The notes beneath the pieces are model-generated. The model did not search any database. It saw nothing but the letters and a program-made list of their open reading frames with translations, and was not told where the DNA came from. A program made the position numbers and the translations under genes. Below are positions 12,420 to 44,659 of a DNA stretch of 64,000 bases, in pieces (the stretch's first letter is position 1; each line of letters begins with the position of its first letter). The stretch is from Antechinus flavipes (taxonomy: Eukaryota), in assembly GCF_016432865.1 (NCBI RefSeq), contig NC_067399.1, positions 260,338,001-260,402,000 of the forward strand. The letters are read 5' to 3'.

Positions 12420-12720
12420 CAGTTAAGCATTTGTGCTTAAGCTATGTGCAAGCAGTCTGGAGAGAAACGGGAGGAATAAACATTTATATATGCCTACTAC
12501 ACACTGAGCATTTTAAAACATATCTCATTTGACCTTTACAATAACCCTGGAAGGTAAGTGATATTATTATCCCTATTTTACAAATTAAGGGACATGAGGT
12601 TAAGTGACTTGCCTAATGTCACATTGCTAGTAAGCATCTGAAGCCACATTTGAACTGTCAGTTCTTCCTGACTCCGTATTCCATCCACTTACTGTACCAT
12701 TGTGTTCCACCAGCTGCCTT
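12420..12720 (-). mobile_element. MIR/CORE-SINE
   Basis: Core gaggttaagtgacttgcc...gtcaca...tttgaact...cttcctgactcc. Similar copies lie at ~5060-5290, 14372-14480, 18205-18400, 29150-29690, 43500-43690, 44040-44160 and 57530-58090. Confidence 0.8.
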
Positions 12721-13369
12721 TGGGAATACCAAAAGAAATAAAAATAATCCTTGCTCTCAACTACTTAAATTTAATACGGGAGACAACACACAAACAGCAT
12801 TGTGAAAATGAAATATATAAAGGGTAAAAACTGGAAGCAATTCCAGAGCGAACGTATGATCTTCATTAAGCGGGTCCTGGAAAGGCTTCTTAAAGAAAAT
12901 GCTATTTTGACTATTTTGACTTTTTTTTTTTTTTTTTTTTTTAAGGAAAGTATTAGTCAAATGGTGTTTGAGTGTACTTCTAGTTTTAAAGCCTTTATTC
13001 TTTGAATATGTGACCAACTTAATTTGGCCTCCCACTGCTGTATTCGCCTGACACAAATGGATTCGCTTGTGTGACAGCTGGGTCCCCCGCTCCTCTTCAC
13101 TTCCCTGATGTATGGGATTTGGTTCTTTTGGACTCTGTGCCAGGCAGCTTATGTGGGAGGGATAAGAGCAAGTAGGGACATAGGCAGAGGTAAGTAATCT
13201 GAGTCCTAAAAAAAGGTTACAACTTCTGGGTTCTTTTCCTATCTTTATTCTAGGCTTCTGCTAAAATACTAAGTTTTTCCTTGCTCTGTAGTGAGTCCGC
13301 AGAGAATATAAAGAACAGGTAAAAGAAAATACCACAGGGAATTGAAACTGAAGAGAACAAACCAGGACA

Positions 13370-14400
13370 CTTATCCAAAACTACAAACCCCAGCAAGCCT
13401 CACGTTTAGTTTCGCCCCATCTTTGGTGGGAAAGCGGCGTTAGCAAATCAATAAGCATTCTGGTTTTTGTAGTCTCTACTCCGAACATTGAGTTTCTCTA
13501 AACCTGTCACGCGCCGAACTGCATGCTGGAACGGGTAGTTTCGGCAAGCGCGACTCCCCCCACCCCCATCACAGGCGTTTCTTCAGACTAGACCGGAGCG
13601 AGAGTGTCCCTAACTTCCTGGAGAAAACAACGGCCTCCTTCTCTTGTTATTGGCCAATCGGGGCCGAAAGGTGCGGCTCGCGGTCCGAGAGGGCGGGGTG
13701 TGGTTTCTTTGACCGCGCAGGCGTAGGGCGACCGGTGAGCTAGAAGAGTAGCGAGCGATCGAGGCAGGCGGAGCGTTGCGTTGCGTTGCTCCCCGAGTCC
13801 GGCTTCCCCGAGAGCAGAGACTCCCCTTCACACCCCCGCCATGGCCGAGAGCGACTGGGATACGGTGACGGTTCTGCGCAAGAAGGGTCCCACGGCGGCC
13901 CAGGCCAAGTCCAAGCAGGTACGGCCCGCCGGCCGCCACCACCGCGTCCTCACTCGAGCCTGGGGCTTGCCAGGCCGCGCCGCCTTCCCGGCCGCCTGCC
14001 GCAGCGGGCTCCGCGAACGGCCGGAGCTCGCGGAGCCCGCCGCCATCGTCGGGCTGCAGCCGCTGCTGAGTCACCGGGCCCGATAACTCGTCCGGGTTGG
14101 ACAGCGCTCCCTGGGCCGCGGCCCCGCCACGCGGGGGCCGGGACGGAGAAGAGAACGATGCCGGCCCAGCCCGGGCCCAGCCTGGAGCTTGGGAAGCCGA
14201 AGGCCTGCAAAGGCAGGACGAGGGAAGGCCGAGGGCCGCCAGCCCGGGCTCCCTTGAGCCCCGGAACCCGGGGCCGAGGGTCGTCCGGGGGACAGGAGAT
14301 GATGGCAGCACACAGCGTGGGGCCCTGGAAGGAGCGACCTCGGGAGTTTTCCGGGGCTCATGCCACGGGCATGCCACTTAACCTCCTCGGGCCTCAGTTT
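13370..14400 (+). promoter_or_regulatory. EDF1 CpG-island promoter with three ZNF143/THAP11(SBS)-type motifs, a double CCAAT box and a GC box
   Basis: Dense CpG from ~13420 to 14370. SBS-like motifs: AACTACAAACCCCAGCAAGC 13379-13398, GCATTCTGGTTTTTGTAGTC 13455-13474, GCATGCTGGAACGGGTAGTT 13521-13540. ATTGGCCAAT 13649-13658; GAGGGCGGGG ~13689-13698. All lie directly upstream of the EDF1 ATG. Confidence 0.8.
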
Positions 14401-17400
14401 CCACAACTGTAAAATGAAGGGATGGCCCGGGATGGCCCCTTCCAACGCCAAAACTATGAGCCCAAGTTCGAGTCCCTTCTGAAAACTTGTGCCAGTTGCC
14501 TCCTGGCCGCAGGGCCCTCTGCTGGGCCTTGTAGAGATAGATAACATCTGCCTAGTAGGGGATGGGAACAACTCCAAGTGCACCAGGGGGCTCTTTGTTG
14601 CATAAAGGGTAGTGTGTTTTCTGTTCTTCATATGTGAAATTGCCTTCAAGTGTCTTGTGATTTCATCCGTGGGGGTGGGGGGTGGGGGTGGCTTCTTTAA
14701 ATCTTGGCTGCTGAGTTAACCCTGTGATCATAGGCTTGGGATCCTTACTCCTCAATTTTCCCCTCTATAAAATGGAGATAATACTTGCTATTCCTATGAG
14801 AACTGTTGTGAAGAAAGTATCTGCTAAAAGATATTTTTATGTTTTGCTAGATAACATAATGAGTCATTGTGGCCGGTATTTTATTAATGAACCTCTCCGA
14901 TCTTAACTAGGCCAATCTTTGGATAGCTCGTAGACAGATTGCTAATGTCTCAGTTGAGTAGTATCTGACAGTACTTGCAATGTTGGAAAGCTTTTGGGAA
15001 TTTAGGGTTACCCCCATATTGAAATTAGGAATATGAAGAGGGCTTTATCCCTATTTTATCTTTTTTTTTTTAAAGGTGGTTTGGGATGGAGTATGTGGAA
15101 AAGCAAACACTGTCCCATAAGTGCCCCCAGCTGATACTGGCTACTGAAGAAAATTCAGTGTTAAAAATTAGAGAAGCTATTATTAGTTATTTACTCAACC
15201 ATGTAATCTTTAATGTTTCATACAATTTTCCCGTCTCTTTGAGATCCTTTGACCTGGGTTGAAAAATTAGAAAAGCTCACCCACTGATTAAGGAAGATTT
15301 TCATCAGTTCTTACCATTTGAATCTCTATTTTAACTCCTTAATGTTTAAAATCCTCTTTAATTTAGAAAGCTCAACATCTTTCTGTTGCTGGACTGTGAA
15401 CTAGTATAAAGGAAATCAACTGATTAAAGTTTTTCTTGCTGTATAAATATAGGAGGGGAAGATTAGTAGTCTTGCATAACTCCTACTTAATTATCAGCTT
15501 GTATTTCCATATTCTGTCTCTTCTCTGCCTTTTGCACAGATTGTCCCCCATGCCTTAAATGCTCTTATTTCTATTTTTCCGATTTTCTTATAATCCCTTC
15601 AGCTTCCCTTCAACTCAGCTCAGATGTCATCCCAAATCAAGCCCTTTGCTGATCCCTCTCCCTCCCTCTCCCAAATTTCTTTGCACCATCTCTGAATATT
15701 TTTTCCCCTTAATATAAATAAGCTGCTTGGGAGCAGGGACTTTTCCATCTTCTTCTTTTTTTTTTTTTGTTAGTAGAAAGCTTACTGAATTGGGAGGCTG
15801 GCCTATTAAAGATAGCAGAATATAAAATTTTTGCTCATGTTGTGGCCTAGAAACGAAAAATCTTCAAAGAAAACAGTTCTTTTTTATGACTAGCTGGGGA
15901 TGTCTGATACTGTTGACCTATGTTGATTTGAATTTTGTTCTTGTGACTGCCAAATTGATTTTATTACCCCCCCCAAAAAAAAAAAAAAAACTATCCAGGA
16001 GCATATAAAACTGCAAATAGTCATCAGAGGAGCTAACCAGAATACAGATGCTAATTCTTTTCATGTTAATGTTAGATGTGTAAACAGTTTTGCGTTTTAC
16101 CAGAAATATATTGTTAAAATGTTCAGAGGTCTCAAGAAGGACTTAAGATTAAAATCTACCAATTATTTCTTGAGAAAGAATTTGCCTTGTTCTTTTGAAT
16201 ATCAGCCGGTTTTTTTTTTTTTTTTGGCAGAGAGAACAAGTCAAATACATCCAGTAAAACTACAATTAGAGCAGCGTCTAAAGCTTGTCCCATTTTCTAA
16301 GAAAATTTCATTGTCCTTTGATTTAAGGTCACAGAGAAATCTATTGCTATGTTTTCACCAGATCCCCTTTTACTCCTCTTCCCTCCTAAAAAAGTAATTT
16401 CTTTTTTATCTGGTAGCAGTTTATTGTCAACTACCAGAATTCATGGAGGATTTTCCTTTCAGCAGCTTTGGCTATTTAACCAAGTATTGTCATGTGTCAG
16501 TTTTCTAAAAAGCAGTCATCATTAGAAAAGAAGAAATTATCTAGTAGAAGTTAAAATATGAGTATGTGCCAGATGTTTCAAGACTTAATTCTAAACCAAA
16601 TATATTTCTGATTTTTATAGGCCATCTTAGCAGCTCAGAGAAGAGGAGATGATGTGGAGACTTCCAAGAAATGTAGGTGCTTTTAAGTTCCCAAAGGAAG
16701 CTGTATATTAGGGATTGTGTGTGTGTATGTGTATATGTATATGTATGCATGCTTGAGTGCATAAGTTTGCTGCCATTTGGGAAATTCAGGTAAGTTAATA
16801 GTACTAAAAAAAAAAGAGCTATCTAATTTTTAGACAAAGTAAGGACTTGGCAGCTTAATTTCTGATATGCTTGGACAAATGTATTTTCTGGAGATAAAGG
16901 AAATAATGTGATCAACTTAGAATGACTCGCAAAGGTAGCTTTGCTTAGCTCACGGTTAAGAGAGTCCCTCACTTTTCTCCTGTCTGGTGTCCTAAGAACC
17001 TTTTGACAGTCCAGTTTTACAGTTGTAAAAAGTCACTATTAGCAGCTGGAAGCTGTTGAATCTGATTTATCATTTTGAAAAGGTTTTCCTTAAAGTCTTG
17101 TTTCAATCCTCTTTACCTCTTTTGTTTGTGCATAGGGGCTGCTGGCCAAAACAAACAGCACTCCATCACAAAGAATACAGCCAAGCTGGACCGAGAGACT
17201 GAGGAACTTCACCATGACAGGGTCACTCTGGAAGTGGGCAAAGTGATCCAACAGGGCCGACAGAGCAAGGGATTGACACAGAAGGATCTGGCCACAGTAA
17301 GTACTTAGGAGAAGTATAGCTTCATTTAGGAGATTATCGTTTTTAGAACAGTAGCTGTGTTGGTAGTTAAGTATTTGAGCATGCTGAATATATAGTAGAG

Positions 17401-19827
17401 AAGTCAGTGTGTTCTTGTTTGTTGAATTGAGACTTTCTGAGATCAAGATGGAACATTTAATCCAGTTAGAACTTCCTTTTGCTGTTTTATGACTTTGTCT
17501 CATGTAGTATATTACATGGATCTTCCTAATTGGTCTTCCTGCTTTTAGGTTCTCTCTGTACTCGCTCTTCTATATAGTGGCCAAAATAATCTTCCCAGGT
17601 TGTACGTCTTAGCATATCACTCCCCAGCTCAAAAAACTTTCTAAGTACATTGTCTCTATGATCCAACTCTTCACACCTGCATTTAAGGCCTTCCACAACC
17701 TGACTAGGACAGGTTTACCAGTTTAGTTATTTTACTGACCTTCACGAGTTCTTTTTTAACCAAAGAGAGGACTATTCCTCTCTATTCAAACATGCTGTCT
17801 CCTACCTTTGTGCATTTGCCCCAGCTGTCCTTTGTGCCTAGGACACATTACTTCCATTTCTGTGCCTCATAGTCCTCATCTTCTGGAAAGATTAAGTTCA
17901 TATGCCACATTCTTCAAATATTGCCTGATTCTTTTATTTCTTTCTCATTAGTGTTCTCCCCTTCAGATGACCTTTTATTGTTCTGTGATTATATTCTATC
18001 CCCAGGACAGTTTCAGTGCTTGGAAGGTAGAATTGGCTTTAGATCTGCCTTACATATTATAGTTTGTTGAATTGAATTGAATTGAATAGCTCAGTGCTAA
18101 GAATCTCATGATCATGTTGGCATTACTATATGTACTTCCTCAGCTAGAATTCTTCAGTTTTCAATGTCTTGAGCCCTTTGGTCTTATGGACTTAATCTGG
18201 CAGGTATTGTAGTATAATGGAAAGAACACTGTCTCTGGCTGGAGCTAGAAGACATAAGTTACAATTCCACCTCTGATGTTTACCTATGTGATACTGGGCA
18301 AGTGACTTAACTCCTTGGGCCCCCATTTTGTTATTTTTAAAATGAAGACTTTAAACTAGGTAGCCCGATAGTCTTTGAGATCCCTTTCAGCTAATAAATT
18401 ATGTGAGCCAAAATTGACAGTAGCTCCCTGAATATAAGTCATGCCATCTGTCCAGCTCTTAATACCCTTTGAAGAACATGAAGGAATATGTAGGATGTGT
18501 TGATTTGTTTCTTTCTGAGAATTTCTTGTACTGAACTGATGTGTTTAAAGCACATCTTCTCTTTAGAAAATCAATGAAAAGCCCCAAGTTATCGCTGACT
18601 ATGAGTGTGGACGGGCCATTCCTAATAACCAGGTCTTGGGCAAGATCGAAAGAGCCATTGGTAAGTATATCTTTATTTGGCTTGGACCATTATAGTATGA
18701 CACTCTTAAATTTTCCTTGAGGCACCCTTAATCTAGCCACAAGGGGTGGGAGAGGGGTGGAAGGGAAAAGAGGATTGGGTTTTTTTCTGTGCTAAGAAGT
18801 GGTGATATTATCACAGTGTTACTAAGAGCTTCATTTAGAAATGATTTGGAAATGAACATAATTGACTTTTACCCTGGCTAAGGGTAAAGTTTGAGAAACT
18901 TTAGAGAATGAGAAAATTTGCCTCAAGATAAATCATATGAGAGAATAGTACCTTTTGCTTTTTTCTCTTTGGGATTTCTCTTTTAAACTTTTTTCTGATA
19001 TCATCTTCTTCTTCCCCTCCAATCAGTGGCCTCTCATTAGGGGCTAAAGAAATAGAAACCTCATTCTAAGATACATTGTTATCCATACTATGGTCCATAA
19101 GCTATATCCCAAAAGCCTTGGGATCAGAGATTCCTTGTTAGTTAAACCAGGATCGATTTCTTCACAGCTGAGCTCTGATGTTGGTGGCCCAAATGTTAGT
19201 ATTTTCATTTCATAGCCAAAGAAAAGCTTGTAGCTACTCAGGAGAGAAAAGTCTTCATCCTGCTTTCCTGCCGCTTCCCTTTTGAGTAGTGGTGAAAAAA
19301 AAGCCAGATTATTTTATTTTAGTTCTTCTTCAAAAGACCTTATCTGAACTCTGATGAATTATATTGTTATTGTTCAAATTCTCCTTCTTAAGAACAGATA
19401 TGACCATGGACCTTTCAAATTGGCCATGGAATAATAATCAGTGTAATTCTCCATAAGGAGTATCTTGACTACTTTAGACTGACCAAATGCAGCAAGTAAG
19501 ATGAAAAGTGTAATTTCCTGTTGTTTTCCAGTATTTTGAGGGGAATATGAACATTTACAGCATATAATACGTATTAGTCTATCTAGGCAGGAAGCAAATA
19601 GAGTCAAGTGAGAATAATTGTGGAAACACCATGACTGATAAATGGACTAAGGCCAGTGTTTTGGAGGTCTGACTTGTGAAAACGATTTTACCATTTGTTT
19701 TATTGAGAATTGTCTAAGCAGAGGGGAGAGTGATAGCTTCATTAGGCTGACTTTTCTCATTCTAGGCCTCAAGCTTCGTGGGAAGGACATTGGAAAGCCG
19801 CTTGAGACAGGACCAAAGGGGAAATGA
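13841..19827 (+). CDS. EDF1: Endothelial differentiation-related factor 1 (MBF1-family HTH coactivator), 148 aa, 5 coding exons
   Basis: Exons 13841-13918, 16621-16672, 17136-17296, 18567-18660, 19766-19827 (78+52+161+94+62=447 nt), all with GT-AG introns. Translation: [148 protein letters not shown]. Near-identical to recalled vertebrate EDF1. Kozak context ccgccATGG; AATAAA at 20319-20324 and 20432-20437. Confidence 0.98.
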
Positions 19828-20599
19828 ACACAAAGCCTCGAAATCAGTTCGTTCAGACTGATCTCGTCTGGCGGGTTCTCCTTCACCACCAGAACCAATG
19901 TGTCTCTGCACATTGCCAAGCTGAACACAGGGGTATCAGACTTGTTTGGGGGAAGAACCTTCCAAATCTATACCTGCTGTAACAAAAACAAAAAAACAAA
20001 CCTTGCAAATTAAATGATTCTCCTGACTTTTTTTTCCCCCCTTCCTTTTCTGAAGATTGAGGAGCCAGAACTAATAATCCTCTTAATTTTGTCAGAAAAT
20101 GTTTATCTCTCTAGAAGCAGTTATAACTTTTTGAGGCATTGGGGCATATGTTGAAATGGGATCAATTTAAATTAATGTGTTTTAAGGGGAGGGTTAGTGT
20201 GTAGAGGGTTATATCTGTTTGGCATTTGGGGAACTTTGCTCCCTGTTTTACAGAGTGCAAATGTGTCACTAACTTAAGTGACCTCTGTTCTCCCTAGCCT
20301 TCATTTTCAAGAGAAACTAATAAAAGTTTGTTACCCTTCTTGTTTGTGGCAAAGAGTTACTTTTTAGTTTGCTGAAGCCCAGCCCTTCTCAGAATCTGCT
20401 ACCAATGTGAAAATAGATTTAGACCTTTCCTAATAAAACACTCAATTCATTAAGTATGTTTTCAGTAAGATCTGGCCTGTTTTTAGACTGAGAGGAAACA
20501 TCTCTCCCTCTGCAGCGGAACTCTCAATTTGACCTATCTTAATTAGCAGTGCAGTTGGGATGCTTCATGTTTGGCTTCTGGCACTGTAGAAAATGTAAT

Positions 20600-21150
20600 G
20601 GCCTAAGTTTTATTTTTTTATGTTTATTTTTGCAAATAGTGTCATTTTTTCCTAATAACATATAAAAATAGTTTTGAACATTTTATAAAATTTTGCATAT
20701 CAGATTTTTTCTCCCTCTCTTCCAACCTCCCCTCCTCAAGACAGCTAGCAGTCTGATAAAGGTTATACGTGTACAATCATGTATATATATTTCCACAGTC
20801 ATTGTAGAAGAAGAAACAATAAAAAGGAAAAGCCACAAATTCCCTGCCCTTCCCCCTAAAAAAGGTGAAAATTGTATGCTTTGCTCTGCATTCAGACACC
20901 TTTAGTTCTTTCTCTGGATATGGATAACATTTTCAATCATAAGTCTTTTAGGATTGTATTGGCATTAATGAGAAAAGCTAAATCATATTTGATCACACAA
21001 TGTTGCTGTTACTGAACACAATGTTCTGGTTCTCAGTTGAGTCAGCATCAATTCATGTAAGTCTTTCCAGATTTTTCTGAAATTCACTGGCTCATTTCTT
21101 ATGGCACAGTATTATTCCATTACCTTCATATAGCACAACTTGTTCAGGAT
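20600..21150 (-). mobile_element. Older L1 3' UTR fragment between the convergent EDF1 and MAMDC4 3' ends
   Basis: gtaagtctttccag...tttcttatggcacag...tattccattacc...acaacttgttcag blocks shared with the other L1 copies. Confidence 0.75.
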
Positions 21151-22893
21151 GGCCTAAATTTTAGGATGATGGATCCATACACCTATCAAGAACATAGCTT
21201 GTTTTCATCTTGAAAACTGCTCAGATAAATATTCTCTGGCAGAAGGTAACACAACTTACTGTTTGAGATCAATTGTTCTCTCCCTCAAAGTGAATTGACA
21301 TTACACTATATGTTTTAAGTGGAGTGGGAATAAAATGTTTTTCAACTAAGTTATTGTAAGCAATAGTCACTACTTTTGGATGGCTCTATTCACAAGTCTC
21401 AAATCCTGAAGCAGAAATGCTTACATATTTGAAGAGAAATTTGAGACTTCAAACTAGCCAGGTAGATTTTAGTTTTTCCTGGACATCTAGTGTAAAGTAA
21501 TGAGTAGTTTGTATAAAGTGTGAAAACTTTGTGATATTGTAGTCTTTGGACCCCTCTCCAAACAAAGCTTAAGATATTTAGGATTAAGGACAAAAGATCA
21601 AGGATAAATGTGAAAAAAGAGACTTCGAATGCCATTCATTATAATTTGCCAATGCTTAGAAAAAGGTTGGCATTGCCATTTTGTTGTTCAAAAACCAACA
21701 TGCCTGGGGTATCCTGAAGCATTGGTAAACTTAGCTGGACTGGCATTCAATGGCAAAGAGAGTCCCATACGATGTTTTAATTCCTACTTATATCCATGGA
21801 TTCTTAATTTTTCCTTCCTCTTAACTGAACAGAAATCCCAAAAAGATGTTTTGGGGATTTTTCTTTCTATTGGTATATGTAGATGGTGTCTCTCAGGATT
21901 TTCATGTCTTCAGTGAACAGGAAGCTGATAAAGGCTTCTGCTGGAAGGACTCCAGTATTTTCCCTAATTTCCCTAATCCCTGAATTTTGCCTTTCTAAGT
22001 TGTCTGTATCCTAGGTTGAACTTTTTTCTTCTTCCTCTTCCCTAATTTTTGCAGTTTCTCTGCATCCCACTTTGAAAAGAGAAATAGGGGTATGACTAAG
22101 GAGAGATAGGGGAAAAGAATGGATTTTTATAGACCTATTACTAACCTTTGCATCATGTTTATTTTTTCCCTTTGAATAAAAATACCCTTAGTGTTTACCA
22201 GCCCGCCATTTCCCTTTAGTCTCAGTCTCTTGTTTTCTTGTGTTTTTGTAATATCAGAGTGCCTTTCCCCAGTCTTGCCTATTAGTTGGAGCTCTCTTAG
22301 CAAGTTTGCTTAATTCAGCTTTCTATCATATAAAATAAGCAGATATAACTTCAGGATCATGTTCTTGTGATAATGGTACCGCCAGGACAAACATCCAGTG
22401 TTTCATAATGCTTAAGCCTAGGTAGAAATCTGTTTGGTATAAGTTTTTACAATATGATGGAAAGTAGGTGGTTTTAGTTTGTTGATTAGAAAATATTAAC
22501 ACAAAGCGTCTTTCAGTGACAATCTTTGACAAACTTTATGTGACAATCTCACGTATTAAAAATGAATTTCTGCAGAATTGAACAAGTCAACATTATAAAG
22601 TGCATTTATTCAAAAAAACAAGAACCACCTTCCCACTCAGTCAACTCTTAGTTCAAAACCAAAATGGAGACTATCTTATATAGAAACTAGTGGTCAATGG
22701 GAATGAATTTCCAGAAGTTTAACTTTTGCATCAAGTATTTCTCATGCAGCTGCGGTGCTTGGTGACTTTGTTACCCCAGGCATCTCTGGCTTTCCTCTAT
22801 GTTGAGAGAGAGACCATGTCCCAGCAGGGGCTATCTTAGTTTTCTCCTATACCTGGGGTTGAAGTTACAGCACAGATATCAAGTGATCTCCTT

Positions 22894-37604
<14,711 letters not shown>

Positions 37605-40258
37605 ATTCTCTGGGACAGAGGAAATTTCAGAGGGGAGGAGGGGTAGCAAAGGAGAGAAGAGGGGTGCTGTGTGAAGAGGAATGAGGGCAGAGGAGAGAGA
37701 ACAGATAGAAGTCAGGAGGGAGGACAGACTGCAATGACCAGGGAGCAGGTAGAGCTTGGAAACCCCAAGTGGGGAGACTTTGCCCTAGTTATCAGCTTAC
37801 TCGTGCTACACAGTGCTGATCCCAGAGAAGCAGCGTTTCCTAGGATTCCCTACTCCCCTCCTCAGCCCTCAAACCAATGCTGACAATCCGGTTATAAAAT
37901 GCATTCCTGGGAGGGGAGGGATGTGCCCCTTGGGCCCCATGGGATGTGAGGGAGGCAGGTCACTTAAGCCTGAGCTTGCACTGATCCCTGGACCCTACAT
38001 GGCAGGGTCCAGAAATACCTTAGCCTATTTCCCTGTCACCCACCCCAATGAGGACTAACTAGAAGGACGCACTGGCTATGCCGGTGACTGACTTAGAAAA
38101 GAGCGGCCAGGGCTTCCATGATGGACAAAAGAGAAGCACTGAGGTTAGGAAGGAATGGTCGACTCCATCCTCAGCTGTGTTATCAGTGGTCCTCTGCCTG
38201 GCATGTGGGAAAGTCACAAACTTGGCTCTGCCCTTAGGGCCCATTGTTGTAAGACCATGAATCAGCATTCAACCAGGGCAAGATGCTGGAGGTCGGACCC
38301 TCAAAGACAGCTGAAAGGCAACCTTTTTCATCAGAAAGCTAGGAGAGAGTTGGTAATTGGGAGGTGGCACGGATGGGACTTTGTAGGATTATTGGCTTTT
38401 TAATGCCTGAGGGCATCCAACAGGTTTAGATGGGAAGGAATGAGCAGCAGTGTCCCAAGTGGGCAGAAGAGCCTTAGTGGCTCAAAGCTGGAGTGGGCTG
38501 GGGAGCAGAGATATAACTGGCAGAGGTGGTGTGCTAATGGATTGGCAGTGATGAGGGCCAGAGTACAAGGGGCATCGATGGAGCTATTGCAGACTCCATT
38601 GCGGCTGGGTTGTCTTGGTATGGCAGAATGGGCTCTGTCAAAACCGTTCCCTCCATTCCCTTGTTCTGGCCAAATCTAGAGTCCCGCTTCTGGTCCCTGA
38701 AAAAACTTATCTTCTCATTCAGGATAAATAGGGCCACTCGAGTTTCTTAGCAATTCGTGTAGTAGAGGCAGCAGGAGCCGAGGGAGAACAGCTTGAAAAT
38801 GGGAAATTTGGTTTCCAGTCTAGGTTTTGTGTGATCTGGGATCTTACTTCTCTCTAAATCTCTTCTGTATTGTGAGGGAGAGCTGTGCTACATGATCTGT
38901 AAGGTCTCTTTCTATGCTAGTCTATGATGATTCTACTATTCTAAAAGACTCTCAAGGAGCCTATCTCTGCTCTGATAGGGGACTTCTCTAACCCATTGAA
39001 AAGGTGGATTTATCTGGCCCATAAAAATGATGAGATAATAGCATCCCTGTCTTTTCATAGCCTTACCAAGCTTGACGATTTCTAGTTTTTTATATCAAAA
39101 TTATTAAAAGCTGTTGAGTAGAGGTCCAGGTCCAGGTAAATGCAACACTCAGGTCACAGCAACTGAGTTGGGTGGAGCCTGAGCAAGCAAAGTGAAGGCA
39201 GAACTTGTGTCTCAATTACGCAAGATGCTGCTGGGCCCCCTTCCCAAGATGTCCTTGAGGATAGTAGCCTCAAGCAGAGGCAATCAGATCATAAACTGGG
39301 GCAGAGAAGCCGTTGGGAACAGGTACAAGGGGTTGGGGGAAGCACTGCTCCCCCTCCTCTCCTTATCAGGCCCTTAAGGGGCTGAACTGGTGCTTTCCTG
39401 CCCTTCAGACCCAGGATGAGCAGCTCTTACCACACTGGCCTCTGGCTAGCTCCTTCACAGGGCAGGAGGGACAGCTGCCCATGGAAAAGGGAACATTAGA
39501 CTCTCTGGTACTTGGTCTAGCAAAGGAAGAGGACCAGGCCGTTGATACTAGAGACCTTCTTGACTGTACCCCTCAAAAATGGGCAGAGGACCCTTTTTCC
39601 TGTCACTAGAGACTGATTTGATCAGGGACAAGGAAATAACCCAATCAAACCCATTTTACGGTATAGCAAGGAGTCAGGTTGTGAGGATGGGGGAGGGGCT
39701 TTTCTGAGGTAGGGAGAAGACCCAGCATATGGGACTAGCTTCTACTGGCTAAGCCCAGATACGATTCCAACCCTCACTCTTTTGGTCTTATGTGGTCATA
39801 ACATCACAAAGGAGCTTCCCAGAGATACTCTCACCCAAATGAGGTCTTTCCTGATTTTCTTCCCCATTCTGCTCAAGCTATGGGCCCTCTCTCTCATCAT
39901 TCCTTTTTATCTATTCTGTTGTATATATGCTGAGTATCTTCCCACAACAGAATGTCCCTTCTGACTGTGATCTCAGCCCCAGAACCCTGCTTGGCACCCA
40001 GGTGTTTCCTGCCTGCCGGGCCAAACACATACACACCGACCCGGAGCCAGCATGGGGGCTGCCACTTTTAATTCCAGTTGGGGACTCTGTGCCCAAAGGC
40101 CCCGTGGGTCCCAGATAGGTACCACAGCACTGGAAGGCACAAGAGAGGCAAACACCAGGTATCAATCACATGCCCTCTTCAGACAACACAACACAAAGGG
40201 GGGCTCAAGAGTTCAAGACCAGCTCTGACAGCCGAGGAAGGCAGCAAGCCGGGCCCCA

Positions 40259-44659
<4,401 letters not shown>

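Noticed and set aside
1-13000. TRAF2 exons expected from human synteny
   Set aside because: No MAAASVT/RING-like coding sequence found on the minus strand. The gcagccat hits near 3610 and 8635 give short unrelated frames.
13610-14649. Several 70-255 aa ORFs on both strands over the EDF1 CpG island
   Set aside because: Stop-poor GC-rich DNA, Pro/Arg/Gly/Ala-rich translations with no recognisable domain; explained by the island and EDF1 exon 1.
18601-18612. YECG instead of human YESG in EDF1
   Set aside because: A single substitution that I recall also occurs in other vertebrates; not evidence of anything unusual.
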